Positions 10,136 through 20,997 of a stretch of DNA of 52,567 bases are shown piece by piece. Positions within the stretch are counted from its first letter, which is position 1; each line of letters begins with the position of its first letter. Location: assembly GCA_964243415.1 (NCBI GenBank), contig CAXTFG010000001.1, forward strand, positions 1 through 52,567, in the 5' to 3' direction. The notes under the pieces were generated by a model. The model saw nothing but the letters and a program-made list of their open reading frames with translations, was not told where the DNA came from and did no database searches. This DNA comes from an uncultured Beijerinckiaceae bacterium (GTDB lineage Bacteria > Pseudomonadota > Alphaproteobacteria > Rhizobiales > Beijerinckiaceae). Made by a program: the position numbers and the translations under genes.

Positions 10136-10561
10136 ATGTCCAGCATCCAGATCACGCCGTCGCTCGCGATCGACGAGCGCGAACTCGACTTCTCCTTCGC
10201 GCGTGCCAGCGGGCCGGGTGGACAGAACGTCAACAAGGTGGAAAGCGCCGTTCACCTCCGCTTCGACGTGTTCGGCTCGCCGTCTCTCGACGGCGGTACG
10301 AAGCGTCGGCTGGCGCTTCTCGCCGGCCGCCGACTGACCGAGGCCGGCGTTCTGGTCATTTTCGCCCAAAGTTATCGAAGCCAGGACCGCAATCGTGAGG
10401 ATGCACGCTCGCGCCTGCTCGCCTTGATCGCCACCGCGGCCGAGCGCCCCAAGTTTCGGGTCAAGACACGTCCCTCGCTCGCGGCCAAACGCCGGCGCGT
10501 CGAGGCCAAGGTCCAGCGGGGCGAAACGAAACGCGGCCGCGGAAGGGTCGAGGAGCCTTGA
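10136..10561 (+). CDS. arfB: Alternative ribosome rescue peptidyl-tRNA hydrolase ArfB
   Basis: ASGPGGQNVNKV (GGQ motif), RSQDRNREDA and a basic C-terminal tail. Confidence 0.93.
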   Translation: MSSIQITPSLAIDERELDFSFARASGPGGQNVNKVESAVHLRFDVFGSPSLDGGTKRRLALLAGRRLTEAGVLVIFAQSYRSQDRNREDARSRLLALIATAAERPKFRVKTRPSLAAKRRRVEAKVQRGETKRGRGRVEEP

Positions 10562-11508
10562 GCATCGGCGCATCTGCAGCCGCGACGACGCTTGCGCGCC
10601 GAGGCGCTCGAGCTTACCGGCACGGACACGTTTCGCGACGGAGAGGCGCGTTGGCCAACTGGAGACGGTTCTGCACGACCCTTGTCATGTTCTGCACGGG
10701 TCTCGTCGCGGCAGCCTCGAAGACGCCAGTCTCGGCGGCGAGTTCGGTATGTTCCGAACAGGGCAGCGAGGCCGCGGTGGTCACAGCAGTCGATTTGAAT
10801 CTCGAGCTTCGGCTTGCGGACGGACGCTTGCTGCGCCTCGTTGGCTTGGAGCCTGCCTCGCCGACACCAGGCGATCCCGACCTTGCCGAAACAGGTCGTC
10901 AATGGCTTGCAAACCACATCGTCGGCCGACAGGTCATGATCTCTTTGGCCGTCGACAGGCCCGACCGATGGGGACGCTTCCCGGCTTTCGTGTTCGGACC
11001 AGACCAAGTCGGCTCCTTGACCGTAGTGGCTCTGGCCGCTGGACTCGGTCGCTATCAGCCCGAACCAGGTGCGCACGCTTGCCGGGACGCCTTAATCGCC
11101 GCCGAAGGCAAGGCGCGCACGTCGCGGCTAGGCCTTTGGCGCGACTCCTACTACGCCGTGCTCGCGGCAGACGACCGCACCGCTTTCGCCGAGCATTCCG
11201 CAACGATGGTCGTAGCCGAAGCGCGGTTGACGGCGGTCGAATCCGGCCCTTATCGGACGAAGCTTCGTTTTGCCACGCGGGACCGCGACAGCCGAGATGT
11301 TCTCGCCGCGTCGATCTTGCCCCACAGCATGAAGTTATTCGAGGAGGGTGGTATGAAGCTGCGGTCGCTCATCGGTCAGACCGTGCGCTTGCGTGGCCTG
11401 CTCGACCTTCGTTTCGGCCCGCAGATCGAACTGACGAGCCCCGACGCGCTCGAGCCACTGCCGTCGCAGGAGCCAGTGGTCACGCCCCTGCCGGCCAACG
11501 ACGGCTGA
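10558..11508 (+). CDS. Thermonuclease (SNase)-like protein
   Basis: LRLVGLE, DRWGR and AEGKARTSRLGLW SNase-like motifs plus a C-terminal OB-like region. Start is uncertain. Confidence 0.7.
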   Translation: MSIGASAAATTLARRGARAYRHGHVSRRRGALANWRRFCTTLVMFCTGLVAAASKTPVSAASSVCSEQGSEAAVVTAVDLNLELRLADGRLLRLVGLEPASPTPGDPDLAETGRQWLANHIVGRQVMISLAVDRPDRWGRFPAFVFGPDQVGSLTVVALAAGLGRYQPEPGAHACRDALIAAEGKARTSRLGLWRDSYYAVLAADDRTAFAEHSATMVVAEARLTAVESGPYRTKLRFATRDRDSRDVLAASILPHSMKLFEEGGMKLRSLIGQTVRLRGLLDLRFGPQIELTSPDALEPLPSQEPVVTPLPANDG

Positions 11509-11514
11509 CGACGC

Positions 11515-12996
11515 TTGGCTCGACCTCGTCCCTCGATCAGTGGTCTGGTTCGCCTCGGAACCGTGAGCCTCGTCGTGTCCTCTCTCGTCGGCTGCTCGAG
11601 CCTCGACAACCAAGGTATCAAGGTCGACCAGATCACGCCAAGAGCTGCGCCGAAAGTCATCACGGAAACAACGTCCTCGGCCGAGCACAAGCGCATGGTC
11701 GCGCTGTTCGGCGGCGAATATAAGGATCCCGCCGTCGAACGTTATCTCGACGGCATTCTCGCCAAATTCACGGCCACCGGCGACCTCGCGGGCAAGACGT
11801 ACAAGATCACCATCCTGAACACGCCGATCGTCAATGCCTTCGCCTTGCCCTCGGGTGACATCTTTGTCACGAGAGGGCTTCTCGCGCTCGCCAATGACGG
11901 ATCGGAAGCGGCCGCCGTGATGGCGCACGAGATCGCCCACGTCACGGAACGGCACGCTATCGCGCGCGACGAAGAAGAGAAACGGGCCGCGGTGATCAGC
12001 CGTGTCGCTCACCTCGTGCAGAACAAGCAGCGTGGCGATCAGATCGAGGCCTTGGGCAAGCTGTCGATCGCCGGGTTTTCGCGTCAACAGGAGCTGAAGG
12101 CCGATCAACGAGGGATCCAGACGAGCAGCAAGGCTGGCTTCGACCCTTATGGCGCGAGCCGCTTTTTGTCCGCGCTCGCTCGCTCGTCGGCGCTCAGGGC
12201 GGCATTGATCGGCCAGAACGCGAGCGCATCGAAGCCAGACATCCTCGCCACTCATCCCTCGACACCGGAGCGTGTTTCGGCCGCCGTAAAAGAGGCGCGC
12301 AGCATCGCTGCACCCGATTTGGGGACGCGCGACCGCGAGCCTTACTTGTCAGTCATCGATGGGATGGTGTTCGGCGACGATCCCTCCGAGGGCTCGATCC
12401 GCGGGCGCCAGTTCACCCAGCCCAAGCTAGGGTTCACGTTCACCGCACCCGACGGTTTTGTCCTCGAAAATTCGACACAGGCTGTGCTCGGCGTCAAGGA
12501 AGGCGGTATCGAAGCATTGCGGCTCGACAGCGTCGCCCTTCCCGACGCGACGACACTGGAAGCTTACGTCAGATCCGGATGGATCGACGGTCTCGTCGAC
12601 AGCTCGGTGGAAAAAATCGATGTCAACGGTTTCGCGGCGGTGACCGCGACAGCGCGTGCGGGAGAATGGAATTTTCGCGTCGCCGCCATCGCTTTCGGCC
12701 CCGGAACGGTCTACCGGCTTATCTTCGCAACTCACGGGCTCAATCCCGCGGTTGAGAAAGTCTTCAGAGCCTCGATCGACTCCTTCCGCAAAGTCGGTGA
12801 CGACGAGGTCGACAAGGTCAGACCCCTCCGCATCGGCCTCGTCAGGGCGAGAGGAGGCGATACGGTCGCGTCCCTGTCGTCCCGCATGATCGTCGCCGAC
12901 AAGCCGCTTGAAACATTCGAGCTCCTCAACGGCCTCGAAGACGCGACGCCGCTGAAGCCGGGCGAGCGCTATAAGCTCGTGCTGGAGCAACCATAG
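11515..12996 (+). CDS. M48 family zinc metalloprotease, probable lipoprotein, LysM-like C-terminus
   Basis: Lipobox-like LVGC, NAFALPSG, HEIAH (HExxH), QELKAD and ATHPST motifs. Confidence 0.9.
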   Translation: MARPRPSISGLVRLGTVSLVVSSLVGCSSLDNQGIKVDQITPRAAPKVITETTSSAEHKRMVALFGGEYKDPAVERYLDGILAKFTATGDLAGKTYKITILNTPIVNAFALPSGDIFVTRGLLALANDGSEAAAVMAHEIAHVTERHAIARDEEEKRAAVISRVAHLVQNKQRGDQIEALGKLSIAGFSRQQELKADQRGIQTSSKAGFDPYGASRFLSALARSSALRAALIGQNASASKPDILATHPSTPERVSAAVKEARSIAAPDLGTRDREPYLSVIDGMVFGDDPSEGSIRGRQFTQPKLGFTFTAPDGFVLENSTQAVLGVKEGGIEALRLDSVALPDATTLEAYVRSGWIDGLVDSSVEKIDVNGFAAVTATARAGEWNFRVAAIAFGPGTVYRLIFATHGLNPAVEKVFRASIDSFRKVGDDEVDKVRPLRIGLVRARGGDTVASLSSRMIVADKPLETFELLNGLEDATPLKPGERYKLVLEQP

Positions 12997-13012
12997 GCGC
13001 ACTGCCGAAAAC

Positions 13013-13038
13013 GGAACCGATGCGGCCCGAGCGCCGTT
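13013..13038 (+). promoter_or_regulatory. sigmaEcfG (RpoE2)-type general stress promoter of the rpoH paralogue
   Basis: Exact GGAAC-N17-CGTT, 62 bp before ATG 13101. rpoH2 is an established sigmaEcfG target in rhizobia. Confidence 0.75.
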
Positions 13039-13100
13039 CAAATCCTCGTACCGAACGTGCTTTTTGACGCGTTTCGGCCGGGGCGGGGACGGCTAAACTC

Positions 13101-13973
13101 ATGGGCCAATTGATCGGCGTCGGACAGCAGCTCATGAAGACCGCCATGGCGGCGCCTTTTCTTGAGCGAGACAACGAGCACGACCTTGCAGTGAGGTGGA
13201 AGGACAACAAGGACGAGGACGCCCTCCACGAATTGGCTGAGGCGCATATGCGCTTGGTGATCGCAATCGCGGTCAGGTTTCGCCATTATGGGCTGCCCGT
13301 GGCCGATCTCATTCAGGAGGGTCATGTCGGGCTGCTAGAGGCTGCGGCGCGCTTCGACCCCGATCGCGAAGTTCGTTTCTCGACCTATGCGACCTGGTGG
13401 ATCCGTGCTTCGATCCAGGACTACATCCTCCGCAACTGGTCGATTGTGCGCGGAGGGACGAGTTCGGCGCAAAAAGCTCTCTTCTTCAACTTACGTCGGC
13501 TTCGCGCCAAGCTAAGCGCAGGGAGCGAGCCGCGCGGCAATTCTGTTCTGCTCGGAGAGATTGCCAGAGCCCTGGGTGTCGCACGCGCGGACGTCGAGAT
13601 GATGGACACACGCCTGTCGGGTCCGGACGTGTCGCTCAACGCCCCTATTACCGACTCGGACAATGCCGCTGCCCCGTCCGAACGCATCGACTTCCTGATC
13701 GATAAGCAACCTTTGCCCGACGAGACGGTCGGGAGCGCGATCGATGGCAATCGCCGGCTCGTGTGGTTGAAGGACGCCCTCACCCATCTCTCCGAGCGCG
13801 AGTACAATATCCTTCGCGAGCGCCGCCTAAGCGAGGAGGCCATCACGCTCGAAGAATTAGGTGTCAGGCTGGGCATCTCGAAGGAGCGCGTTCGGCAGAT
13901 CGAGAGCCGCGCCATCGAGAAGCTGCGGTTGGCGTTGACCGAGCGGCACGCGTTGGTAGAGCTCGCCGGGTAG
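13101..13973 (+). CDS. rpoH2: RNA polymerase sigma-32 family factor (RpoH2-like)
   Basis: DLIQEG, RFSTYATWWIRA, RpoH box ILRNWSIVRGGTSSAQKALFFNLR and SKERVRQIE. Confidence 0.88.
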   Translation: MGQLIGVGQQLMKTAMAAPFLERDNEHDLAVRWKDNKDEDALHELAEAHMRLVIAIAVRFRHYGLPVADLIQEGHVGLLEAAARFDPDREVRFSTYATWWIRASIQDYILRNWSIVRGGTSSAQKALFFNLRRLRAKLSAGSEPRGNSVLLGEIARALGVARADVEMMDTRLSGPDVSLNAPITDSDNAAAPSERIDFLIDKQPLPDETVGSAIDGNRRLVWLKDALTHLSEREYNILRERRLSEEAITLEELGVRLGISKERVRQIESRAIEKLRLALTERHALVELAG

Positions 13974-13994
13974 GCGCACGGCAGGCAGTGCCGA

Positions 13995-15923
13995 TCAGTG
14001 CGAGTAGGTTCGTTCGCGCCGTGATCCGTTGGCCACGGTCGATGTCTCGCTGAACAGCTCAGCTAGCTTTTCTGTCATTGCACCGCCGAGTTCTTCGGCA
14101 TCGACGATGGTGACGGCGCGGCGGTAGTACCGCGTGACGTCGTGCCCGATGCCGATTGCGATGAGTTCGACCGGCGAACGGGTCTCGATTTCCTCAATGA
14201 CGTACCGAAGGTGACGCTCGAGATAGTTGCCGGGATTTACGGAAAGCGTCGAATCGTCGACCGGGGCGCCATCGGAGATCATCATCAGAATGCGGCGCTG
14301 TTCCGGGCGGCCGAGCAAGCGCTTATGTGCCCAGTCGAGCGCTTCACCGTCGATGTTCTCCTTGAGCAAGCCTTCGCGCATCATCAGCCCGAGATTGCGG
14401 CGCGCCCTCCGCCAGGGCGCGTCTGCCGCCTTGTAGATGATGTGCCGCAAGTCGTTGAGGCGCCCGGGTGATCCGGGTTTGCCTGCCTGTAGCCATCCCT
14501 CGCGCGCGGAGCCGCCCTTCCACGCGCGTGTGGTAAAGCCGAGAATCTCGACTTTGACACCGCAGCGCTCCAACGTGCGCGCGAGGATGTCGGCGCAGGT
14601 TGCCGCTACCGTGATTGGCCGCCCGCGCATCGACCCAGAATTGTCGAGCAACAGCGTGACGACCGTGTCGCGGAAGTCGGTATCCTTTTCCCGCTTGAAC
14701 GAGAGGGGCTGCTGCGGGTCGATGATGATGCGCGGCAGCCGCGTGGGATCGAGCATTCCTTCTTCTAGGTCGAACTCCCAAGAGCGGTTCTGTTGCGCCA
14801 TCAAGCGGCGCTGCAGCCGATTGGCAAGGCGGGCGACGACGGATGATAGACTCTGTAGTTGCTTGTCGAGAAACGAGCGGAGGCGCTCGAGCTCCTCGGC
14901 GTCGCAGAGGTCTTCGGCGGCGATGATCTCATCGCTAGCCCGGCTGAAGGCCTTGTAGTCCGGCCCGCGCGCCTCGACATTGCGGCCGGTCGGTGCCCGG
15001 CGCGAATCGGAAGCCTGTTCCGCGTCGGTGTACTCGGCCTCCTGGTCGGTCTCGCCGCTCGGTGCCTCTGCGGCGTCCATCGCGGCATCTTCCATCTCGT
15101 CCGTTGTGGCTTCCGCCTTCTCGCTCTGCCGTCCCTCGTCGGACCTGTCGGCGTCGCCTTGACGCTCCTCGTCCTGCTCGGCGCTGCTCTCGGCATCATC
15201 AGGGGTTTGGTCGTCCTCGCTTTCGCTTTCCTCGGACGCTTGTTCGCCCATCTCGAGGGCGGCGAGCAGCTTGTTGACCGATTTCGCGAATGCCTTCTGG
15301 TCCTCGATGGTCGACCCGAGGCGGTCGAGATCGTTCCCGATGCGGTCCTCGATCCAGGAGCGCCAGAGATTGACGACCGCCTCTCCGCTTTTGGGTGGTT
15401 TCAAACCGGTCAGCCGCTCCCGTACCAGAAGCGAAAGTGCTTCCTCGAGAGGCGCCTCGCTGCGCTGCTTGATGTCTGGCAGACGGGCGCGGATGAGCCG
15501 GTCGTCGAGCATGGCCGCGAGGTTACCCGCAACCCCGACCATGCGCCGCGTCCCGATGGCTTCAACGCGCGCTTGTTCGACTGCGTCGAAACAAGCGCGC
15601 GCCGCCGCCGTCTGCGGCAATAACCGACGATGAACGTCCATGTTATGACAGGCCAAGCGCAGTGCCATGGCGTCGGCATGGCCGCGTACGATGGCTGCGT
15701 CACGCGCATCGAGCTTGCGGGAGGGTTCCGGAAGCCGCGCCTTGACCCCTTCCGAAGAGCGGATCAGGCTCGGCCGCTCGGGCGCGAACGTCACCTCGAG
15801 TTCTGCCGTGCCGGCAATCGCACGCATGCAGCCCGCGACTGCCCGCTTGAATGGTTCCTGCGGCGGCTCTGTTTTCGCGCTCGGCTTGGTGTTCGACCCC
15901 AATCGGACGTCCGTCGGTTCCAT
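13995..15923 (-). CDS. cobT: Cobaltochelatase subunit CobT (VWA domain)
   Basis: Acidic linker, [18 protein letters not shown] motif, KENIDGEAL and ISDGAPVDD. Confidence 0.95.
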   Translation of the reverse strand: MEPTDVRLGSNTKPSAKTEPPQEPFKRAVAGCMRAIAGTAELEVTFAPERPSLIRSSEGVKARLPEPSRKLDARDAAIVRGHADAMALRLACHNMDVHRRLLPQTAAARACFDAVEQARVEAIGTRRMVGVAGNLAAMLDDRLIRARLPDIKQRSEAPLEEALSLLVRERLTGLKPPKSGEAVVNLWRSWIEDRIGNDLDRLGSTIEDQKAFAKSVNKLLAALEMGEQASEESESEDDQTPDDAESSAEQDEERQGDADRSDEGRQSEKAEATTDEMEDAAMDAAEAPSGETDQEAEYTDAEQASDSRRAPTGRNVEARGPDYKAFSRASDEIIAAEDLCDAEELERLRSFLDKQLQSLSSVVARLANRLQRRLMAQQNRSWEFDLEEGMLDPTRLPRIIIDPQQPLSFKREKDTDFRDTVVTLLLDNSGSMRGRPITVAATCADILARTLERCGVKVEILGFTTRAWKGGSAREGWLQAGKPGSPGRLNDLRHIIYKAADAPWRRARRNLGLMMREGLLKENIDGEALDWAHKRLLGRPEQRRILMMISDGAPVDDSTLSVNPGNYLERHLRYVIEEIETRSPVELIAIGIGHDVTRYYRRAVTIVDAEELGGAMTEKLAELFSETSTVANGSRRERTYSH

Positions 15924-15926
15924 GAG

Positions 15927-16955
15927 CTAGCCCATGACGACGTTTACGGCACTTTCCGGAAGTTCCTGCCCGAAACACCGCTGATAAAACTCCGCCACAA
16001 GCGTCCTCTCGAGCTCATCGCACTTGTTGAGGAACGTGACGCGGAACGCGAAGCCGATGTCGCCGAAGATGTCGGCGTTTTCGGCCCACGTGATCACCGT
16101 GCGCGGACTCATCACCGTCGAGAGATCGCCGGCCATGAAGGCGTTACGGGACAGATCGGCGACGCGCACCATCTTCGAGACGGTCTCGCGCGCGCCCTTG
16201 CCCTTGCCCTCGCGACCATCACCGTTCTTGCCGAACTTCGGCACCTTGGCTTGGACGATGTCGACTTCGCGATCGTGCGGCAGGTAGTTCAGCGTGGCGA
16301 CGATCGACCAGCGGTCCATCTGCCCTTGATTTATCTGCTGCGTGCCATGGTAAAGGCCCGAGGTGTCGCCGAGACCGATGGTGTTGGTCGTCGCGAAAAG
16401 CCGGAAAGCGGGATGGGGACGAATGACCCGGCTCTGGTCGAGCAAGGTCAGGCGCCCCGATACCTCGAGCACGCGCTGGATGACAAACATGACGTCGGGC
16501 CGTCCTGCATCATACTCGTCGAAACAAAGGGCGACGTTGTTCTGTAAGGCCCAGGGCAGGATCCCGTCGCGAAACTCCGTGATCTGCTTGCCGTCCTTGA
16601 GGACGATGGCGTCCTTTCCGACCAGGTCGACGCGAGACACGTGACTGTCGAGGTTGATGCGCACGCAAGGCCAATTGAGACGCGCGGCGACCTGTTCGAT
16701 GTGCGTCGACTTCCCCGTCCCATGATAGCCGGTGACCATGACCCGCCGGTTTTTCGCGAACCCGGCGAGAATGGCCAACGTCGTGTCGCGATCGAAGAGA
16801 TAGTCGGGATCGAGATCGGGGACGTGCTGGTCGAGCGTCGAGTAAGCGGGCGCTTCCATGTCGCTGTCGATGCCGAAAACTTGGCGCACGGACACCTTCA
16901 TGTCGGGGACGCCCCCGGCCGAGCGTTCATCAACGATCAGATTTTGCATCATCAA
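15927..16955 (-). CDS. cobS: Cobaltochelatase subunit CobS (AAA+)
   Basis: Walker A GYHGTGKS, Walker [18 protein letters not shown], and MSPRTV. Confidence 0.96.
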   Translation of the reverse strand: MMMQNLIVDERSAGGVPDMKVSVRQVFGIDSDMEAPAYSTLDQHVPDLDPDYLFDRDTTLAILAGFAKNRRVMVTGYHGTGKSTHIEQVAARLNWPCVRINLDSHVSRVDLVGKDAIVLKDGKQITEFRDGILPWALQNNVALCFDEYDAGRPDVMFVIQRVLEVSGRLTLLDQSRVIRPHPAFRLFATTNTIGLGDTSGLYHGTQQINQGQMDRWSIVATLNYLPHDREVDIVQAKVPKFGKNGDGREGKGKGARETVSKMVRVADLSRNAFMAGDLSTVMSPRTVITWAENADIFGDIGFAFRVTFLNKCDELERTLVAEFYQRCFGQELPESAVNVVMG

Positions 16956-16998
16956 TTCCCTGTCCGTCCTGCACCCGCCGGTTCCGGCCGAACCCTGG

Positions 16999-17613
16999 TC
17001 AGGCGAGCTTTACGGACTTCAAGTAGTTATACGCCCGGATGATATCCCGCAGCCGGTCCTCATTGGACCGATCGCCCCCGTTGGCATCGGGGTGGAGCTG
17101 CTTGACGAGATCCTTATACCTCGCCTTCACGGTAGGTGCACCGGCCGTCTCGTCGAGCCCGAGTTGGTCAAGCGCCTTGAGAGCCGCAACACCGACACGC
17201 GGCTTGACCGGCTCGCGTTTCCGACTCCCTCGGCCCTGGTAAGTTCTCGCACGAAACATGCCGAGCGGGTCGGTCACTCCTTCCTTGTCACCGTCCTCGC
17301 GGAAGCCCTTCGCGCTGCGGTTCGAACCCATCGTCCAGGTCGGCCGGTGACCGGTAAGCGCATCGCGCTGATAGACCGCGACATCCTCGACGCTCATGCC
17401 GTTGAAATAGTTGTAGGAGGCATTGTACTCACGCACGTGGTCGAGGCAGAAACAGAAAAATTGCCCCTCGCGGTCTCGACCTTGCGGGGCACGGAACTCT
17501 CCCTCCTTGGTACAGCCCGGAAACTCACACCGCACCTTCTCGGGGGCGGGAGCGGCGGCCTTGGTATCGGGCTTGACGCGTATGCTGTCGAAGAGGCGTG
17601 AATTCAGGTTCAT
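16999..17613 (-). CDS. J-domain protein with N-terminal Cys/His motif
   Basis: CEFPGC...[10 protein letters not shown] and a C-terminal J domain with HPD. Confidence 0.9.
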   Translation of the reverse strand: MNLNSRLFDSIRVKPDTKAAAPAPEKVRCEFPGCTKEGEFRAPQGRDREGQFFCFCLDHVREYNASYNYFNGMSVEDVAVYQRDALTGHRPTWTMGSNRSAKGFREDGDKEGVTDPLGMFRARTYQGRGSRKREPVKPRVGVAALKALDQLGLDETAGAPTVKARYKDLVKQLHPDANGGDRSNEDRLRDIIRAYNYLKSVKLA

Positions 17614-17705
17614 GGCAAGACATTATGGATGTGTTTCGACCGGCATCAAGCGGCGGTTGCGGTTCGCTGGATTGCTAAGCTGAAGTTAGGCTGGAGATAA
17701 GTCGA

Positions 17706-18011
17706 ATGAGTGAACAGGAACATTCGGTCGCAGCGCGGATCAGTTCGACGCTGACGGCGGCCCTCACGCCATCTGCGCTGGAGGTGATCGACGAATCCTA
17801 CACGCATGCCAAGCACGCGCACGTTGTTTCGCGTTCGGGTTCAGCAGGCGCGCCGGGCGAGACGCATTTTCTGATCAAGGTCGTTTCGCCGCATTTCGAA
17901 GGCAAGAGCCGGCTCGATCGACACAGGATCATCAACGATCTTATCGCTGGCGAAATGGGTCCGGACAAAGTGCACGCTATCGCCATCGAGGCGCGCGCGC
18001 CCGGAGATTGA
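17706..18011 (+). CDS. bolA: BolA family protein
   Basis: LEVIDES..H, ETHF, FEGKSRLDRHR and VHAIAI motifs. Confidence 0.92.
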   Translation: MSEQEHSVAARISSTLTAALTPSALEVIDESYTHAKHAHVVSRSGSAGAPGETHFLIKVVSPHFEGKSRLDRHRIINDLIAGEMGPDKVHAIAIEARAPGD

Positions 18012-18175
18012 TCCGCCTTGAAAGCGCCCAATCCGCTGTCGATAGCCGTGGAAAGCCTTCCGAGATGCCGCGCGCGGGGCGAGCGCGGCAAAACTTCTCG
18101 GTGTCGGACACATCAGGTAAGCTGCATCACCATTGGGTCGATCATGCGTCGATCGTTAAGCCACGGGACTATTTA

Positions 18176-19717
18176 ATGCCTCGAAGCTTTGACGTCCGTC
18201 GCCTGAAATCCACGTGGTCGGTCTGCGGTCTCGTTTTCTCCCTTTGTGTTGCTGCCGCTGACGTGCACGCGACGCCGGCCGTGACCATCGATGTGGCGAC
18301 CGGCGACGTCCTTTACCAGCAGGATGCAACCCAGCCCTGGTTTCCCGCTTCGACGACCAAGCTGATGACCGTCTATGTCGCGCTCGCCGCGGTGCGCGAC
18401 CATAAGATCGCGATGGACACGCCGCTCGTTTACTCAACCCGCGCCCGCGCGATGCCACCTTCCAAGATGGGCTTCAGGCCCGGAACCCAGGTCACCTTGG
18501 AAAACGCATTGCGCATGCTGATGGTCCGCTCTGCCAACGACATCGCCGTTACCGTCGCCGAGGGCGTGTCGGGGTCCGTCGAGGCCTTCGCCGACGACAT
18601 GAACCAGGCCGCAGCTGATCTCGGTCTCCATGAGTCGCATTTCGTCAATCCAAACGGCCTCCCGAGTTCGCAGCACGTGTCGTCGGCGCGCGACATGGCG
18701 CTGATCGCGCGCGCGCTTTACGCGACCTTTCCAGAACAGGCCTCCTTGTTTGACATCGGTGCCCTTTCGCTCGGACCGGAAATCATCGGTAACCACAACA
18801 ACCTGCTTGGCCGGTACCCCGGCGCCGACGGGATGAAGACCGGTTTCACGTGTGCCGCCGGGTTCAATGTCGTCGCTAGTGCCTATCGCGACGGGCGGCG
18901 GATCGTCACGGTTATCATGGGCGCACCGTCGGTCGCGACGCGCACTGCCAAAGCGGCGGCGCTCTTCGATCGGGCCTTCGCCAACGTTGATCGTCCGAGC
19001 GGCTCGATTGTGTCCTTACCAACGAGAGCAGGGACTGCTCCGGATATGCGCAACGAGATCTGCCGCGCGCGCGGCCATCTCGTCGCGCAGTTCAATGGCG
19101 AGATTGAGCAGCTCGACGCCGCCCTGAGCCAACCCTCGGCGGGCCTAGGCCTCTCGGCGCTCAGTCCGGAGCGCGGCTTTCTGTTCAATACGCAACCGGT
19201 CGTCGCTTCGGCCCCGACGGCAACGCGCATTAATTCGCTGCCGCGCCCCGTTTTCGATCCCATACCGGTGCATATCGGTGCCGAACCGGGCTATCAGGGC
19301 GTGGTGGCTCAGGCCCGCGCGCCGCATTCTCCGGTCGGCACGGAGCCCGCGCCGGCCTCCGTCGAGGCCTATGCGGCAACGCCTGAGACGGGACCAATCC
19401 AGGGGATCGGCGTCGCCCCTCTGTCGGTCGACCCCGATGCGCTGCCCCTCAAGGGACGCCGGGTCCGTGCCCGCCATCATGGTCGTGCAACGGCTCTCAA
19501 AGCGGCGGACGAGGCGCCGAAGACCAAGGTCATCGCAGGCGCGGAAGGGGACACCTCGGCTGTGCCGAAAGCGGGCGAGGAAAAAAGCGCGAAGAAAGCC
19601 GCAGCCAAGAAGGCGGTGGTCACCTCCGCAGCCGCGCCCAAGAAATCACCTGCTCATGCCGCCAAGACGGCCGGTGCCAAGCCGCCGAAAAAGACGGACG
19701 CGACAGCCACGGAGTGA
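18176..19717 (+). CDS. D-alanyl-D-alanine carboxypeptidase (peptidase S11) with Lys/Ala-rich tail
   Basis: SxxK (ASTTK), SxN (SAN) and KTG motifs, a signal-like N-terminus and a low-complexity KKAAAKK tail. Confidence 0.9.
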   Translation: MPRSFDVRRLKSTWSVCGLVFSLCVAAADVHATPAVTIDVATGDVLYQQDATQPWFPASTTKLMTVYVALAAVRDHKIAMDTPLVYSTRARAMPPSKMGFRPGTQVTLENALRMLMVRSANDIAVTVAEGVSGSVEAFADDMNQAAADLGLHESHFVNPNGLPSSQHVSSARDMALIARALYATFPEQASLFDIGALSLGPEIIGNHNNLLGRYPGADGMKTGFTCAAGFNVVASAYRDGRRIVTVIMGAPSVATRTAKAAALFDRAFANVDRPSGSIVSLPTRAGTAPDMRNEICRARGHLVAQFNGEIEQLDAALSQPSAGLGLSALSPERGFLFNTQPVVASAPTATRINSLPRPVFDPIPVHIGAEPGYQGVVAQARAPHSPVGTEPAPASVEAYAATPETGPIQGIGVAPLSVDPDALPLKGRRVRARHHGRATALKAADEAPKTKVIAGAEGDTSAVPKAGEEKSAKKAAAKKAVVTSAAAPKKSPAHAAKTAGAKPPKKTDATATE

Positions 19718-19755
19718 GGGGCGGCGACCGGTTGGCGGGCGAGACACGGTAGCGA

Positions 19756-20916
19756 ATGACTGACGCCCGACGGCCACCTCCGCCGTTCCGGCTTTCGATC
19801 CTCACCGGCTTTCTCGGCGCCGGAAAAACGACGCTGCTGAACCGGCTGCTGCGCGACCCGGCCCTCGCCGATACGCTAGTGTTGATCAACGAGTTCGGGT
19901 CCGTCGGTCTCGACCATCTCCTGATGGAACCGATTGCGGGCGACATGCTGGTCATGACGTCTGGTTGTCTCTGCTGCTCCATCCGGGGCGACCTCGTTGT
20001 CGCCCTCGAAGACGCGCTTCGGGCGCGGGATAACGGGCGCATCGCGCCGTTTCAGCGCGTGATCATCGAAACAACGGGCTTGGCGGATCCCGCACCGATC
20101 TTGCACACCATCATGACGCATCCGTATTTGCGGCTCCGCTTTCAGCTCGGGACCGTCGTGACCGTTGTGGACGCGCTTGTCGGGGATGCCACGCTCGACG
20201 CGCATGACGAAGCGGTCAAGCAGGTCGCGCTCTCGGACAAGCTGGTCTTGTCGAAGGCTGACCTCGTTCGGGACGCCGCCGCCGAGGAGGCCCTGCGTGC
20301 TAGGCTGCAGGCACTGAACCCGTCGGCGCCGCTGATTGAAGCGTCGTCGGAGGAGGCCAATGCCGAGCGTCTGTTCTTCGGTTCCGCCTTCGATCCGACG
20401 GCGCTGGGGAGCGACGCCCGTGCGTGGCTCGCCGCCGAAGCGTTCGAAAGGCAGGAACGCCTCGAGGGGCACCACCACAGTCACCATGGTCATGGCCATC
20501 ACGGCGACGAGCCAGCCCACGACGTGAATCGACACGACGCGCGTATTCATTCATTCTGCTTGCGCTATCCGCGACCGGTCTCACCTTATGCCGTGACGCT
20601 CTTCACCGAACTCCTGTGCTCGGCGCACGGGTCGAAGCTGCTCCGCTTCAAGGGACTGATCGCCACGTTGGATGATCCATCCCGCCCGGTGGTCGTCCAC
20701 GGTGTTCAGCACGTCATGCACCCGCCGATCCGTCTGGACAGCTGGCCCGACGATGATCACACGACGCGGTTGGTGTTCATCGTCCAGGATCTCGACCGTG
20801 ATTTCGTGGACGACCTCTGGGGCGCGGCTGCGGGGGAGCCACGGCTCGACCGCGCCGACCTTAAAACGCAGGCAGCCAACCCGCTCGCGCCCACGCCGAC
20901 CGGCATGTTGGGCTAG
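19756..20916 (+). CDS. COG0523/CobW-family metallochaperone GTPase
   Basis: GFLGAGKT, GCLCC (CxCC), ETTGLADP, SKAD, a His-rich linker and a CobW_C-like tail. Confidence 0.93.
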   Translation: MTDARRPPPPFRLSILTGFLGAGKTTLLNRLLRDPALADTLVLINEFGSVGLDHLLMEPIAGDMLVMTSGCLCCSIRGDLVVALEDALRARDNGRIAPFQRVIIETTGLADPAPILHTIMTHPYLRLRFQLGTVVTVVDALVGDATLDAHDEAVKQVALSDKLVLSKADLVRDAAAEEALRARLQALNPSAPLIEASSEEANAERLFFGSAFDPTALGSDARAWLAAEAFERQERLEGHHHSHHGHGHHGDEPAHDVNRHDARIHSFCLRYPRPVSPYAVTLFTELLCSAHGSKLLRFKGLIATLDDPSRPVVVHGVQHVMHPPIRLDSWPDDDHTTRLVFIVQDLDRDFVDDLWGAAAGEPRLDRADLKTQAANPLAPTPTGMLG

Positions 20917-20997
20917 TCTAGATAAGCCCAGCGTTTACCCTTGTAGATGAAACCGTCGCGAATTCTATTGGGCGTCGGTATCAACAGGAAACGACAG

